Shown one piece after another: positions 1 to 12,941 of a stretch of 64,000 bases of DNA. The stretch spans positions 310,001 through 374,000 of the forward strand of contig OY253687.1 in assembly GCA_958009085.1 (NCBI GenBank), given 5' to 3'. Each line of letters starts with the position of its first letter. Within the stretch, counting starts at the first letter, position 1. Source of the stretch: Protoeuglena noctilucae (taxonomy: Eukaryota). The notes under the pieces were generated by a model. It had not been told where the DNA came from. It worked only from the letters and a program-made list of their open reading frames with translations, and made no database searches. Made by a program: the position numbers and the translations under genes.

Positions 1-3000
1 CCAGCCTCGGCTGGGCCGTGCTGGCGCTGGCCGGCTTCGCCGCGTTGTGGAAGGCGCCGCACAAGACGGTGGCCGCCGTGGTCTCGGGGCCCGTGACCAT
101 TGCCAAGTCCTTCCTTTTCATCGTATTGGCCGTGGACGCCGTCCTCATCGCCCAGCCGTGGCTCGTGGGCCTTTCTAAGAGGCACGCTCCGGGCTTCCAC
201 GCGAGCCTCAGGTGGGTGGCGCGCGTTGCAGGGATCCCCAACATCTTCTTGCAGCTGACATGGAGGTGGGGGTGTGCGGGGTCACTCCCCGCGTCGCCCC
301 GGTTCTCGCAGCAAGCGCGTCGTGCAGTTCGTGCGCTATCAGCTCCGTCTCTCGGATGCGGAAACGCCCGAGCTGGCGGTGGCCGCCGACGAGGCCGACG
401 GTCGGCGTGGCGGGAGCGCGCCCTCCGCGGACGTCGCTGAGGCCGTCGCGTCGGCCCTCTCGGACCCCAAAGGTGCCGCCCCCTCCCCCGGCGCCCCGCC
501 AGCGCGGTGCCCGCCGCCACGAGCGGCGATGGGACACTTATTCAACGTATGTCTGCCCCCGCAGGACCGTTGCGGGATCTGGTGAAGCGCTGGGCGGAGG
601 AGGCGAGGGCGGCGGGCCCCAGCGACTGGCGGGACATGCCCACCCCCATGATGCCGGCCCGCGGGGCCGCCCCGACCCCCGCTGCCGTGCCTGCCGGCCT
701 CACTCGCGCCCAGGTCGAGCGCATCGTGGACCACCACATGGAGCGCTGCCTCCTCAGGCGAGGGAGCACGTTGGGCGGACACGTGGGCGGCTGCAGTTGC
801 CAGTCCCGGCCTCGCCCCCGCCCGTGCGATGAGACAATTCCGCTCACTGTCGCGTCCCCGCATTTGGTTTCGAAAGTCGGCACTTCAACTCCGTTTTACT
901 CTTCTTGCCGGCTGCTGACCTTTTCTCGCCACCGCAGTGCACCTTTCGCTTCCGCTGCTGTTGGCTGCTGTTGGCCCCATTGCCATCCTCTCACCCTGAC
1001 CCCCGCCGCAGCGACCGCTCGGAACTGCGGGCGCTGCGCACGCAATACATGGAGGAGGTGCGGGTCGACGCGGAGCGCAAGTGGGAGGGCATCCGCTCCC
1101 AGGCCGACCCGCTGATTGCGCAGATGACGGCCCTGGCCCAGGACACTCGAGTCCTGCATGCGGTGAGCTCGCTGCCCGCTTGCTTTGGCTCGCAACTTTC
1201 GCTCCATTAGAGCCTCAGTGGCCCACCTCTGCACTTCACTACCCCCATCGCCAGCCCTGCTGCTTGTTCACCACGTGACCTTGCGACACCAGGGCGTGCC
1301 TATCCGCGCCCCGCACTGCACGTTGGTGTGCTGTGCTCGACCGCAGGATTTGCGAGAGCAGTGGGACGACTTCTCAAAGAGCGAGGTGGAGGCACGCAAT
1401 GCGTGGGTGGCTGAGACCCAAACACGCATGCAGGAGATGCGCGACGCGATGAAAGCGCAGTTGGGTGCGCTGAGAGAGGAGGCCTTCCGGCGCATGGATG
1501 CCGACAGGTGAGGGATGGGGTTCGGGGTGGGTTGGCGAGAGGGAGCGGTGGCAGGCCAGGGCATGGCACGAGGAGTGGCGAGGTGGTCATGCATGGGCTT
1601 GCGAGCGTCCCTGTGGGTCCCATCTGCCTTTTGTCGTCCTGAATCATAACGTAATTGGAGAGGTTCTGGCATCGTTGTCGCCCTAGATGCGAAGAACCAG
1701 CCGTGCCACCCTCGCAGGGACGCGGCGCAGAGGGAGGTTTCTGACGTAGACCGCTGGCTGACGTCATCGCTGGAGGACGCGCAGAAGGACCTGCAGGCGC
1801 TCGCGGCTCGTGCGGAGGCGCAAGCGGGCGAGCTGGAGCGCGCGACGGCCGAGCTGCGCCAGGACCTGGCGGGGCAGATGGCAACGGTCGCATCGAAGGA
1901 AGAGCTGGAGTCAGCGAGAGACGAGGCGATGAGGGCTGCCCAGGAGGGCCTCGCTGCGTTGCGGGAGGACGCGGAGGCGGCGATTCTGCGGGAGAGGGAG
2001 GATTTGATGAGCCAGATCGAGGCCATCAACCAGGAGGTGAGAGGGTGGGCTGGGTGTGCCAGATCGATCTGGTTTACCAGGGGTTGAGAGGGCGGTGGTT
2101 GTTATTGTGATGCCGTATTCTTTCGGATACGCTGATACGCTGTTGCTGGATTGGGCCATCGTAGATGCCGGGGCTTTGTTGCTCACGACATCTCGTCATG
2201 ACCCTGAGCTGTCCCCGCCTTGCCCTCGCAGCACCCGCAAATGATCCAGCAGGCCGAGCGAGACCTGGTGGGGCAGATCCAGAGGCTCCGCGAGAGCATG
2301 GCGCTGCGTCCCGAGCGCTCCGACCGCGCCTCCGCGCCACCCACGTCGACCCCAGCAGCGGACATCGGCGCTGCGGCGGCGGTCACAGAGGCGACGGCGG
2401 CGCTGTCGTCGATCCGCGCAGCGACGGCGGAGGCCGCGGCTGCCACGGGCGCGGAGCATGTCGCGGAGACCGCGGCTCGCCTCGCGGGGGCATCGCGGCA
2501 TCTGCAGGCGGCACAGGCGGGCAGCCGGGCGCTGAGCCGGGCGTCGAGCTTGGCGCGTGGCGCAGCGACGGAGGAGAGCGGGTCGCGGGGCGGCGCGGAT
2601 GTGCTGGAGGGGCTGGGTGCGACGTTGGACACGCTGCTGCGGAGAGTGGCAGACGAGGGGGCGGGGTCGGAGCTGGCGTCGATGGCGAGGGCGCGGGTGG
2701 CGGCGGAGGCAGGGACCGTGCGTGCCCAGGCGCGCGCGCTGGGCGCGGCGCTGGCGAGGCAGGCGAGCGAGGGGACTGCTGAACACCCCAACACGGTCGT
2801 TGACAAGATCCCGAAGCAAGGGACGGGCGTGGAGGCGGAGGTGGCCCGTCTCTCGCGGGTGGTGGCATCGTGGGCGCCGCGCCTGTCGGAGATGGAGGTC
2901 CTGGGGCGGAGGGTGGAGGAGGTGCGGGGCGCGGTGGCGGCGGTGCAGCGCGGGCTGGCCCAGGCGGTGGCCGACGCGACTGACCTGGAGGACCGCATGG

Positions 3001-6000
3001 GGCTGCTGGAGCAGCGGTGCGAGCAGATGAGCAGCGAGAACAGCAGCGTCGAGGCGGAGCTGGGGCGGATGGACGAGGAGACGGACAGCGTGGAGAGGGA
3101 GGTCAAGCGGGTGGGCGATGCGTTGGCTTCCGTGCAGGACACGCTCGCGAGGGCGGTGGGGCGCCTCGCAAAGCTCGAGGAGCGGGCGTCCGGCGGGGCT
3201 GGCGCGGAGGACGTGGCGGTGCTGCAGCAAGCGGTGGAGGCGCATCAGGCGCTCTTGGACGCGCACCAGAGGTCCGCGGAGGAGTACGCGGGGCGCGTGG
3301 AGGCCTTGGAGGGCCGCGTCGTCGCGGCAGAAGCCAGCGCGCGGGCCCTGGAGGGGCTGGGGCCCCGGGTGGAGGCGTTGGAGGGCTGGCGGGGCGAAGG
3401 TGGCGCGGGTGGCGACGCACATGCTGCCGGCGGCGACGAGGGGTCCGGTGCGCGGCAAGCGGGTTTCGAAACGTGGCAGCAACTGGCGGAGCGGCTGCGG
3501 GAGCTGGAGGTGCGGGTGCAGGAGGTGGCGGGCGGGGATGGGGACAAGAAGGGTGCGTCGCCGGTCACGGAGCTCTGCGAGGTGGTGGGCGAGGCGCGGG
3601 AGGCGTTAGCGGGCGTGGAGGAGCGCCTGAGGCGAGCGGAGGAGGAGCTGGGGCGCCGGGTGAGCGTGGCAGAGGTGGAGGGGCTGCGTGCCGAGGTGGG
3701 CAGGCACGGCAAAGACATGGAGGGTCTGCGGGACGCCGTGGGGAAGCAAGCTGCGGAGGCGGAGGCCCTGCGCGGAGAGCTGAGCAAGCAGGCGACGAGG
3801 ATGGGGGCATTGGAGGAGGGTCTGGCTGCCAAGGCGGTGCGTGCGGAGGTGCGGGAGGAGTTGCGCGGCGCCATCCGCACCGTGCGCGAGCGTCAGGAGG
3901 AGATCGCGGCGTCCGTGGAGGGTTTCAAGGAGACGGCACAGGGCCGCATCGACTTGATGGAGCGGGGGCTGGAGGCGGTGGAGGCTGCGGGGGCGGAGGT
4001 GAGGCGAGCGGCGGAGGCAGCGGCAGCGAGGGCCGAAGCGGTTGAGGCAGCGGTGGAGGACGTGACGAGGCGGCTGGAGGGCGCGGACGGGAACGCGGCG
4101 CGCGCGGGTTTGGAGAAGCGGGTGGGTGCGGCGGAGGGGGCGGCGGCGGAGGCCCAGACGATGGCGCGCAACGCGTTAACCGAGGCACGGGCGGCGGTGG
4201 AGGGCGTGGCGCGGGAGCTGCGGGGCGAGGTGGAGCGCGCGAGGGAGTCGGCGAGGAAGGGCGGGGCCGAGGCGGTGGCGGAGGTGGCACGGAAGTGCAC
4301 GGCACTGGACGCTCTTGGTGAGGCTGGGGCTGGGACCGGGCGGTTGTTACTGTGTTGTATGCATGGACGTGTGTAAACACGGATCTGGGCATGTCAGAGT
4401 TGCTAGTGCGTTGACTCCGTGCGTCGTTGCGCTCACGCAGTGGCCGAGCAGGGTCGTCGGTTGGAGGGTGTGGAGAGGAGCCTGAGGGATGCTGTGGACC
4501 TGCTGAGCGAGACGTCGCAAGTGGCGCACGGGCAGGGCAGGAGCTTAAACGACCTGTCCACGGACATAGGGGACCTCAAGACGACCGTGGAGGGGCTGCG
4601 TGGGGAGACGAGCAAGCATGCAAAGGACATGGAGGGCCTGCGTGGGGAGGTGGGCAAGCAGGGCAAAGAGGTGGAGAGCTTGCGTGGGGAGGTTGGCAAG
4701 CAGGGCAAAGAGGTGGAGAGCTTGCGTGGGGAGGTTGGCAAGCAGGGCAAAGAGGTGGAGAGCTTGCGTGGGGAGGTGGCTGGCTCTGTGCGTGAGGCGG
4801 CGGCAGCAGTGGAGCGGGCGAGGGAGGGTGCATCGGTGGGAGAGCGGCTGGATGGGCGGGTGAAGGAGGTGGAGGGGAGCGTGGCCGACATCAAGGCTGC
4901 GTGGAAGGCAGGTGAGGGAGCAGAGAGGGCGCGTGTGCTGGGCAGGGTGGAGGGGTTGGCAGGGTCGCGTGAGGGCTCGTGCACCTGAGCACTGGACCTC
5001 CCCAGTTGCCATGCGTCCTCACATGCACCTTAGCACTGAACCTGCCCAGTCGCCATGACGCCTCGATCTCCCCCGTGCCTCGCAGCCAAGAGCGACATGC
5101 GGGCGATGAAGGGCGTGGTGGATGGGCTCGAGAAGCGGGCGGGAGAGGTGGAGAAGCGCACCGCGGGGATGGCGGACGCAGTGCACAGCGCGCGCGAGAT
5201 GAGCCAGGTGGTAATGAAGTTGTCGGGACGGGTGGACGCGGCGGAAGCATCGGCGGAGGCGGCGGGCGGCCGGGCAACGCGGGCGGAGCAGGGCGTGCGG
5301 GCGGTGGAGACGGCGCTGGCGTCGCTGCGTGGGAAGGTGGAGGAGGCGTCTCGGCTGTGCCGGGACATGGAGCGTTTGGGGTTAGACGAGATGCGGCCTT
5401 CGATCGCGGAGGCCACGGCGAGGGCGGACGCGGCGCGGGAGGCGGCGGAGGAGGCCATGGAGGCGGCGGCGGCAGCCACGAGGTGAGGGAGAGGAGGGTG
5501 GGGTCGTGGAGGGGTGGTGGTAGCAGCTAAGAGGTGAGGGAGTGAGGGAGAGATGAGGGGTGGGGATGAGGGGTGGGGGCTATGGAGAGGGTGGGACATG
5601 AGAACACGTATGGGTGATTCCGATGCGATTGTAATTTAATGTGATCACACACATGTGACACCCACCGCCTCTCACAGGTTGATGGAGAGCTTCCGCCAGG
5701 AGCAGGCGGACGCGGTGAAGGTCATCCAGGCAGAGACGACGGCCAAGATCACGCGCAGCTTCAGTAACAAGATCGGGGCGATCGAGGCGAGTTGGGGAGG
5801 CCCGGGCTGTCGCTGGGTGGTGGGCGGTGGGGTGGCTGCTGTGTGACGTCAGATGGAAGGTGCGAGCGTTGCGGCCCCTGCAGGCGCGCTTGGCGAGCGT
5901 GGAGCCACGCTCGGAGACCTTCGCGGACGAGAGGCGCAGTGGGGCTGCGGAGGAGTCGGCCACTGCGCCGGTGGCGGGGCAGGGACGCAGCCCGGCTCGG

Positions 6001-6090
6001 CCCGCAGGCGCGTCCCCCGGCAAGTCGTCCAGCAAGCCCTTTATCACGCGGATGGACACGATGGACGACATGGATGCCGAGGAGCAGTGA
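1..6090 (+). CDS. Large multi-exon coiled-coil protein with N-terminal hydrophobic segments (5' end outside window)
   Basis: Approximate exons <1-211, 313-507, 565-757, 1012-1161, 1347-1507, 1718-2036, ~2233-4318, 4441-~4960, 5086-5482, 5678-5786, 5884-6090. E/A/R/L-rich heptads throughout; ends ...DDMDAEEQ*. Some boundaries uncertain. Confidence 0.7.
4596..4778 (+). repeat. Coding 42-bp tandem repeat (14 aa LRGEVGKQGKEVES, about 4 copies)
   Basis: Unit ttgcgtggggaggttggcaagcagggcaaagaggtggagagc repeated near-perfectly; equals two heptads. Confidence 0.9.
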
Positions 6091-6193
6091 CGGAGCGGCT
6101 TTCGGGGGGAAAGCGTGCGTGAATTGAAACGGCAAAGACTGCACTGCGGAGCAAGCGATTGGACGCTACGGCTCGCGCAGCACGCCCCGAGGG

Positions 6194-6925
6194 TCACAGC
6201 TCCTCCTGAGCGCTCGACAACTTAGCGATCAACGCCTCCTGGTTCAGCTTGACTTTCACGAGCTGGTCCAGCTCCCGCTGCAACCGCTCCAGCTCCGCCT
6301 TGCGGTCCCCGACCTGCTCTAGGAGGTCCAGGCGCTTCCTGCGCGGGACAAAGCGCGCGGAGATTACAGCTGCGAGACGACTTGGTCGGACTGCGCTGGA
6401 AAATCGCCGAATACGGGCCGCGCCGGGGCACTGCGAACGAACTAGCATGCGCGGCGCACCTCTTGCGCTCCTCCTCGAGCGCCGAGACTTTGTTGCGCAA
6501 ACCCACTGCCCGAAGCTTCTCTGCGTCGATTTTTGCTCGTTGGGCCTCGAGCTGATGGACGTAACCTGCACGCGCGGCCGAGGCAGGGCGTCATGGTCCG
6601 CGCAACTCAAACTCAGGTTCTCCCATGGGTGCTGCCGAGACATGGGGAGCCTCATTTATCAATCGTGACGCCATAGACGCGTCAGCACCTGACACGATGT
6701 CCCCCAGGCGCTGCACTTTCTCAATGAAGACCTTGCTGTTGTCTCGCAAACTCTCGCTCTGCTGCTGCTTGTCCGGGTCCATCAAACGGATCCGGAACTC
6801 CTGTGCAAACAAAGGATACGCGAGACGGATCAGACTCGACCCGGACGGGCCCCAGGGCGGCGCGGGGCTCGTCATGCAGCGGCATGTCTCGCCTCATCGA
6901 ACGTGATGCCCCCCGCCTCGCCCAT
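6194..6925 (-). CDS. IFT20: Intraflagellar transport protein 20
   Basis: Four exons give MGEAGGITFDE|EFRIRLMDPDKQQQSESLRDNSKVFIEKVQRLGDIVS|GYVHQLEAQRAKIDAEKLRAVGLRNKVSALEEERKR|KRLDLLEQVGDRKAELERLQRELDQLVKVKLNQEALIAKLSSAQEEL*, matching IFT20 motifs (FDE-x-RILD; EKLKAIGLRN). Confidence 0.93.
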
Positions 6926-7526
6926 GGCGCCCTCCAGCCGCCAGCAAGCAGGGACTCTGCGTCAAACCTCGCGCTGCCGTGAGTGATGCTGATTCGGGTC
7001 GCAGTGGGGCGCGTGGGTCTTGACGCGTGTGTGAGCGCTAAGAAGAGAAGACAGGACGCGTAGCTGAGGAAGAACGACCCGGTTCGATGCCATGGCGGGC
7101 AGCGAGCAGCACGCAAAGGCCTGTCGTCGACTGCGATGTTCTGACGTCGCGAAACTCACGTTCCTGCCCGCGGGCCGTCGCGCCAAAAGCCGAGCCAACA
7201 GTCACGCCCCTGCTAATGAGATCCCATTTTGCGTGGTCGGAGAGCCCTGCTTGCGTCCTACCTCATCAGGATCCCGACGAGGCGGCAGGACCTGCACCGT
7301 CACTTCGTGGGCCAAAACGCAGGCATCTAATCGGTTCAGCTGCGATCGCGGCCCTTGGCTGCATCCATAACTCTTCTACTTCTGCGCCGCGGCAGGAGAG
7401 AGCGTTCCGCGCCTCGGAGACGCTTCTGGCTGAGGCGAGCATGCCACCCGACGAGCATGGCCTTGGAGAGCCCGCTCGCCGCCGCCCCGTCGTCCCCGTG
7501 CCACGCCCGTCCTCACAATCGCCTCG

Positions 7527-9758
7527 ATGGTTCATCTAGATGAAAAGGACCCCGCCCCCGCAGTCGAGATGGAGCGAGACCTCGATCTGGTGGTTTTTGG
7601 TGCCACGGGCACCGTGGGTGAGCTCGTCTGCGAGCACATCGCGAGGGAGTACCCCGGCGTGTTCACGTGGGCCATGGCCGGCCGCTCGCACGACAAGCTC
7701 GAGTGCGTCGCCAAGTCGCTGCGCGACATCCACCCCGAGTGCGACCCGCACATCCTGGTCTGCGACGCAACGGACCAGGAGGCCGTCGACGCGGTGATCT
7801 CCCGCACGCGCGCGGTCATCTCGACGACCGGCCCGTTCATGCGCAACAGCCGCTCCATCGCCGAGGCGTGCGCTCGCCTGGGCACGGACTACTTTGACGT
7901 GGCCGGCGAGCCGAACTTCGTGCGCTGGTCGGTCGAGCACCTTTCAGACAAAGCCCGCCAGTCGGGCGCGCGCCTGGTGCACATGGCGGGCTTCGACGCT
8001 GTCCCGGCAGACATGGGCACCTACCACATCGTCACGCACATCCGCAACCAGGGCCTCTTGCCTGGGAAGGTTCACGCCGTCCCCGGCAGCATCCGCGGGG
8101 GCATCTCGGGCGGCACCCTCAACACCGTCGTCGCCATGTTCGACGACTTCAGCGTCCCAGGTGACGAGGGGAGCTAGGCTCTCGGGGATTATGCAACGCG
8201 CTTTGGGCCCGCCACTCTCCATTCCCTGCGGAGCCCCAACAGCGCATCCCTGCACCTCACCGCTCCCTGCTTACCCCACTCCGCTCCCTGTAGACCAGGC
8301 GCCCAAGCCGCGCAGTCGCACCCTGTCCCTTCCCTGCTCCCTGCGGTGCCTTGACGGCGCAATTATACGTCATTGATACATGTGTCACCGGCTCTCTTCA
8401 TTTCCCGTTTCCTGCAGAGCTCGCCAAGGCCATGGACGCGTACTACCTCTCGCCTGACGCCAAGGACCGTCAGGGATTCTCGCATGACCGCGGCAACTCG
8501 TACCCGGAGCGCTTCGACGACGGGTGGCTCGCGCCCTGGCTCATGGGCGGCCCCAACGGCCAGGTCGTCCGGCGGTCACGCTCCCTCATGCCGGAGACGT
8601 ACGGTCCGCTGTTCAGGCGAGCGGCATGGGGCAGAGCGACACCTGCAGGCAAAGTCAAGGAATTTGCGTGCGCCTGGTGGCATGCCTTTTTCTCTCTTTC
8701 TCTCTGTCGTGCGCCATGGCGGCCTGCGATGTGTTGTATGCGCGCGCACGCTGTGCCATGCTGAGCTCGCCAGGTATTCTCTCTTCGCACTGCACCATCC
8801 TCCTCGCCCTGCAGCTACGTCGAGGGCATCTACACGCGCTGGCTCCCGTCGGCCATGGCCCTGACCGCGGTGCCCTTCTTCATTGCCTTCCTCGGCATGA
8901 CGCGCATCCTCAAGCTCCTCGTCTGGATGATGGGCATGGCCAAGCCGGGATCCGGACCCTCCCGGGAGCGCCTCCTGTCGGGTGACTCGCGGATGCGTTT
9001 CTCTGGAATGCCCATCTTTCGCAGCATGATCATGAACAATGCAGGGTTGACGTCGCCCTGCAGCGCAGCTGCGCCTTCAAGCGCCCTTCCGATACATAAT
9101 CAGTGTTGTGTCCATCTGTTCCAATTCTCTCAGGCTTCTGGGAGTACCGCTTCTACGCCGAGGGCATCCCCCACGAGGGCGGCATGCCCCGCCAGTTCTC
9201 AACGCGCGTGTTTGACAGCCACGACCCCGGCTATATGTCGACCTCGCGCATGGTCCTCGAGGCCGCCATGTGGTGAGTAGATTAGCGTTCTAACACACGC
9301 ACGCAAGGCCTTGCTGACGGGGTCGCAACCACCAGCACCCAGCGCCACTGCACCCGCACCCGCCGATCGTGGCTGCGGTCGCAATTAGCTGCACCCAGCA
9401 TACTGCACCCGCACACGCCATTACCAGACCAAGCTGATGCCCGCAACCAGCTGCACTTAGCTGCACCCGCACCCGCCATGACCGCAGCGTGGTGCTCCAG
9501 GAGTTTGATTTGAAGGCCAAGGGATACCCCGGCTACGGCGTCCTCACCACCTCCGCCGCACTGGGCGACGTCTACAAGGAGCGGCTGCACAAGGCGGGGA
9601 TCACGTTTGAGAGCGTCCGCGGCGACCGGCGCGGCATGGCGCCGGCAGGGCCGGCGAAGGAGATGCCCAAGAAGACGGAAAAGGAGATGCCCAAGGAGAA
9701 GGAGATGCCCAAGAAGATGGAGAAAGAGATGCCGAAGGAGACGGCGAAGGACAAATGA
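7527..9758 (+). CDS. Saccharopine dehydrogenase-like oxidoreductase (SCCPDH / trans-acting enoyl reductase family)
   Basis: DLVVFGATGTVG Rossmann motif, AMAGRS, TTGPF, DYFDVAGE, GFDAVPADMG, GGISGGT, DPGYMSTSRMVLE, GVLTTSAALG. Exons 7527(or 7569)-8160, 8418-8616, 8815-8981, 9133-9272, 9488-9758. Confidence 0.9.
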
Positions 9759-9929
9759 GCTGGGGATGCAGCACAGGGCAGCACGGGGGCGGGCCTGCAG
9801 CACAGCAACGCTTCTGGTCACCTCGGCGGGCAGCGTGCCCGTCGCAGGGTAGTTTGCGGTTGTCGCTTCAAGACCATTTGAAGTGCATTGGTTTTATGAT
9901 GAGCCGCTGAGGGCCGCACACTTTCGAAG

Positions 9930-12746
9930 ATGTCCTGCATCCATCGCAGACAACCCGGCATCCGCACGGGTGCTGTGGGGGCTTGGTCACAACCAGGATG
10001 CCATCTCCGCGCCCAGCAACGGATGCAACAGCCCCATCGCTTTGGGAGCAGTTGGGATGTCGGGCCCGTCATCCGCCGATGTCCTTGCCGCATCGCGCGC
10101 GCGCAAAGGGCAGCGATGACTCGGGCTGCAAGTAAGTCAGCGGTGGTGGTTGGCGGGGGCGTGGGCGGCCTCGTGTGCGCGGCCAGGCTGGCGCAGGCGG
10201 GAATGCGAGTGCAGCTGCTGGAAAAGAATGCCCAGGCAAGCTGCACGCGCCGCGATGGAGGCCGGCTAAAGCAGCACAGCTAGATAATGAGCGTTAGAAT
10301 ACCTAGGCTTCCGCTGCAGCTGGGAGGGCGGATGTGCAGCTTCTCTTTGGAGGGCTTCCGCTTCGACAAAGGTCCCAGCCTGCTCCTCTACCCCGATTTG
10401 TACGCGGAGACGTTTGCGGAGCTCGGGCGCGACATCCACGACTGCATCCGGTGCGTTTGGCTTTCTCCTGCGCGATCGGAGGCATGGCAGGCGACCTTTG
10501 CCAGCCAGTACAGGCTGGGATGGAGGGTGCGACCCACTGCGGCGTGCAGGGTGGCCAAGGTCCAGGAGCGCTGCTACCGCGTCCACTTCGGCGACGGCAC
10601 GGCGCTGGATATGCTGTACGACGTGCAGGCGATGGTCTCTCAGCTGAACCACGTGGAGCCTGGGTGCGGTGGCTGGGACGCCGCGTGCCCAGCCGCCCTG
10701 CACAAGACGCATCAGCTCAGCCACGTGCAGCACTCCTCAGCATCGCTCATCCCATGTCAACCTCGTCAGCTCAGCCACGTGCAGCCCTCCCTCAGCATCG
10801 CTCATCTCCCTGCCCCGTGTGCTCCCACCACGCAGGGCCGGCGACCGCTACCTGCAGTGGCTCTCCCGTGCCCGCGCCGCTCTGTCTCTGTCCAAGGGCG
10901 TCGTGACACGGGACCCCGAGGACCTGCCGTCAGTCCTGACAGGAGCCGCGCCACTGCTGACTCAGGCGTCTCTGCCAGAGATCCTGGGACCCCATCACGC
11001 GGGGCTGGGCGCGTACTTTCAGGACTCGAGGCTGAGGGCCATGTTCACCTTCCAAGACCTGTACGTCGGCCTATCTCCCTACAACGCTCCCGGCGTGGTG
11101 AACGGCGCCTGGCCTAGCAGCACAGTTCACTGGCTGAGAGCTGGGTGCCGTTATGGATGCTTTTGTGCAAAGGGAGAGCGTTCCACATGGCCAGCCCGCA
11201 TGCCACCTCCCCTTGCCTCATCTGCAGTACTCCCTCCTCGCCGCCACGGAGCTCACGGACGGGGTGTGGTACCCCATGGGTGGCTTTGGCACAGTCGCGG
11301 ACGCCCTGGTTAACATCTGCGCCGATGAGGGCGTGGAGGTGCGAGTGTCTGCTGAGGTGGAGGAAATCACTGTTAATGGAGGGAGGGCGACGGGCGTGAG
11401 GCTACAAGGCGAGAAGCAGCGCAGTGTTATCGGCATCGGCTGCGATGTTAGTAGTTGGCATGGCAAGCAGCGCATACGGTACCATGGTCCCTGTGGCCCT
11501 CACGTACACAGGGGGCGAGACGCTGCTCTCCGATGTGGTCGTCTGCAACCGGGACCTCCCGGCCGCTTACGGGTTGATTAAAGGGGCAGGGCCGTACCCC
11601 GAAGAACGGGCAAGCGCGCTGGACAAGCTCAATTACAGGCGAGGGCGCTGGAACTAAGCTAGAATCTACATCCAGCACTGTATGTAGCACATAGCGATGC
11701 GAACAAAACCATAAAGCAAGGGGTTTTCTGATTGCGCTGTGACATGCACTGTTGCGGCACACCTGCTCTTCATGATGCCTAATCCATGCCCCTTCATACA
11801 ATGGCAATGCGCTTCCGGGCATGCAGCGCGAGCGTCGTTGCGTTCGACTGGGGCGTGGAGGGCGAGCTGCCCATGCTGGCCCACCACAACGTGTTCCTGT
11901 GTGACGAGTACCGGCGGTCCTGGGAACGTGCTGTGAGGCCGGGGGACCTCGCGGCACGACCCAACTTCTACCTGCACCACCCCTGCCGCACGGACAGGTG
12001 AGCTTGTGATGACATAGACCCGTATTATTATGTGATGCTGGCTCAATCGTTCACAGACAAAAGACCTGCCGAGACCCTGACTACCATGGGTGTCGCCCGT
12101 CGATGGCATGGCCCCAAGCATCGCTAGACTACTGACCCTCCCTTGCCATCGCAGGTCGGCTGCCCCGTCCGGCAAGTCATCCATCATGGTCCTGCTGCCC
12201 GTGGCAGAGATCGGCCCTGGGGGCGCAGGTGCAGAGAAGGATTGGGGCGCGTTGGTGGACGCCGGACGGGAGACCGTGCTGTCATTCCTGGACGCGCACG
12301 GGGTGCCCATCCGAGGCAACATCGGTGAGAAGACAAGAGATTCGATACTCCGACCTTGTTCAGGTGATGGTATTGAATGGAGTCAGTTCCACCATGGGCG
12401 GTGTCCCATCCCTCTCCACCAGCCAACCTCACCTCACCCCGCCCGTCACCCCACCATTCCCACCCACCCTACTCACACCCGCGCAGTATGCGAGCGCGTC
12501 GTGACACCCCCAGACTGGCGCGATGCGTACGGCCTCCATCGCGGCGCCGTCTTTGGCCTCTCCCACGGCCTGTCGCAGCTGAGCGTGCTGCGGCCCAGGC
12601 AGCAGGACGACCGCATCCCGGGGCTCTACTTCTGCGGGGCCAGCACCCACCCTGGCAACGGGGTGCCTTTGGCGATGGTGTCGGGGCGGCTGTGCGCTGC
12701 CAGGGCGGTGCGGGACCTTGGGCTGGGGGCGACTACTCCCTCATAG
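9930..12746 (+). CDS. CrtI-type (bacterial/fungal-like) phytoene desaturase family flavoprotein with possible transit peptide
   Basis: VVVGGGVGGL...LEKNAQ|LGGR...FRFDKGPSLL, MFTFQDLYVGLSPYNAPG, GVWYPMGG, HHNVFL, PNFYLH, GLYFCGASTHPGNGVP. About 9 exons; start at 9930 or 10116. Confidence 0.88.
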
Positions 12747-12941
12747 GGGGCGTGAAGAGGATGTCTAATCCGGAACATTGAAGCGAAAGGCTGGGAACCT
12801 TTCGTTAGGGTACTCTGGTTTGCTCTGTGACCTTCCCATGGTACTCACATCATCTCATATGATGCGGGCTCATTCGACTCGTTCTGGTACTCGTTCAAAA
12901 GGCCCTGCCTAACAGGCCCCAGCTCTGTCTTCAAAGCCCCC

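Noticed and set aside
2183..4392. Long overlapping and antisense ORFs (also 22988-24498, 56797-58781)
   Set aside because: Shadow ORFs expected from high GC and stop-codon scarcity opposite real exons; no recognisable motifs.
7527..12746. SCCPDH-like plus CrtI-like genes as a biosynthetic cluster
   Set aside because: Only adjacency; no synthase or cyclase nearby and no known shared pathway.
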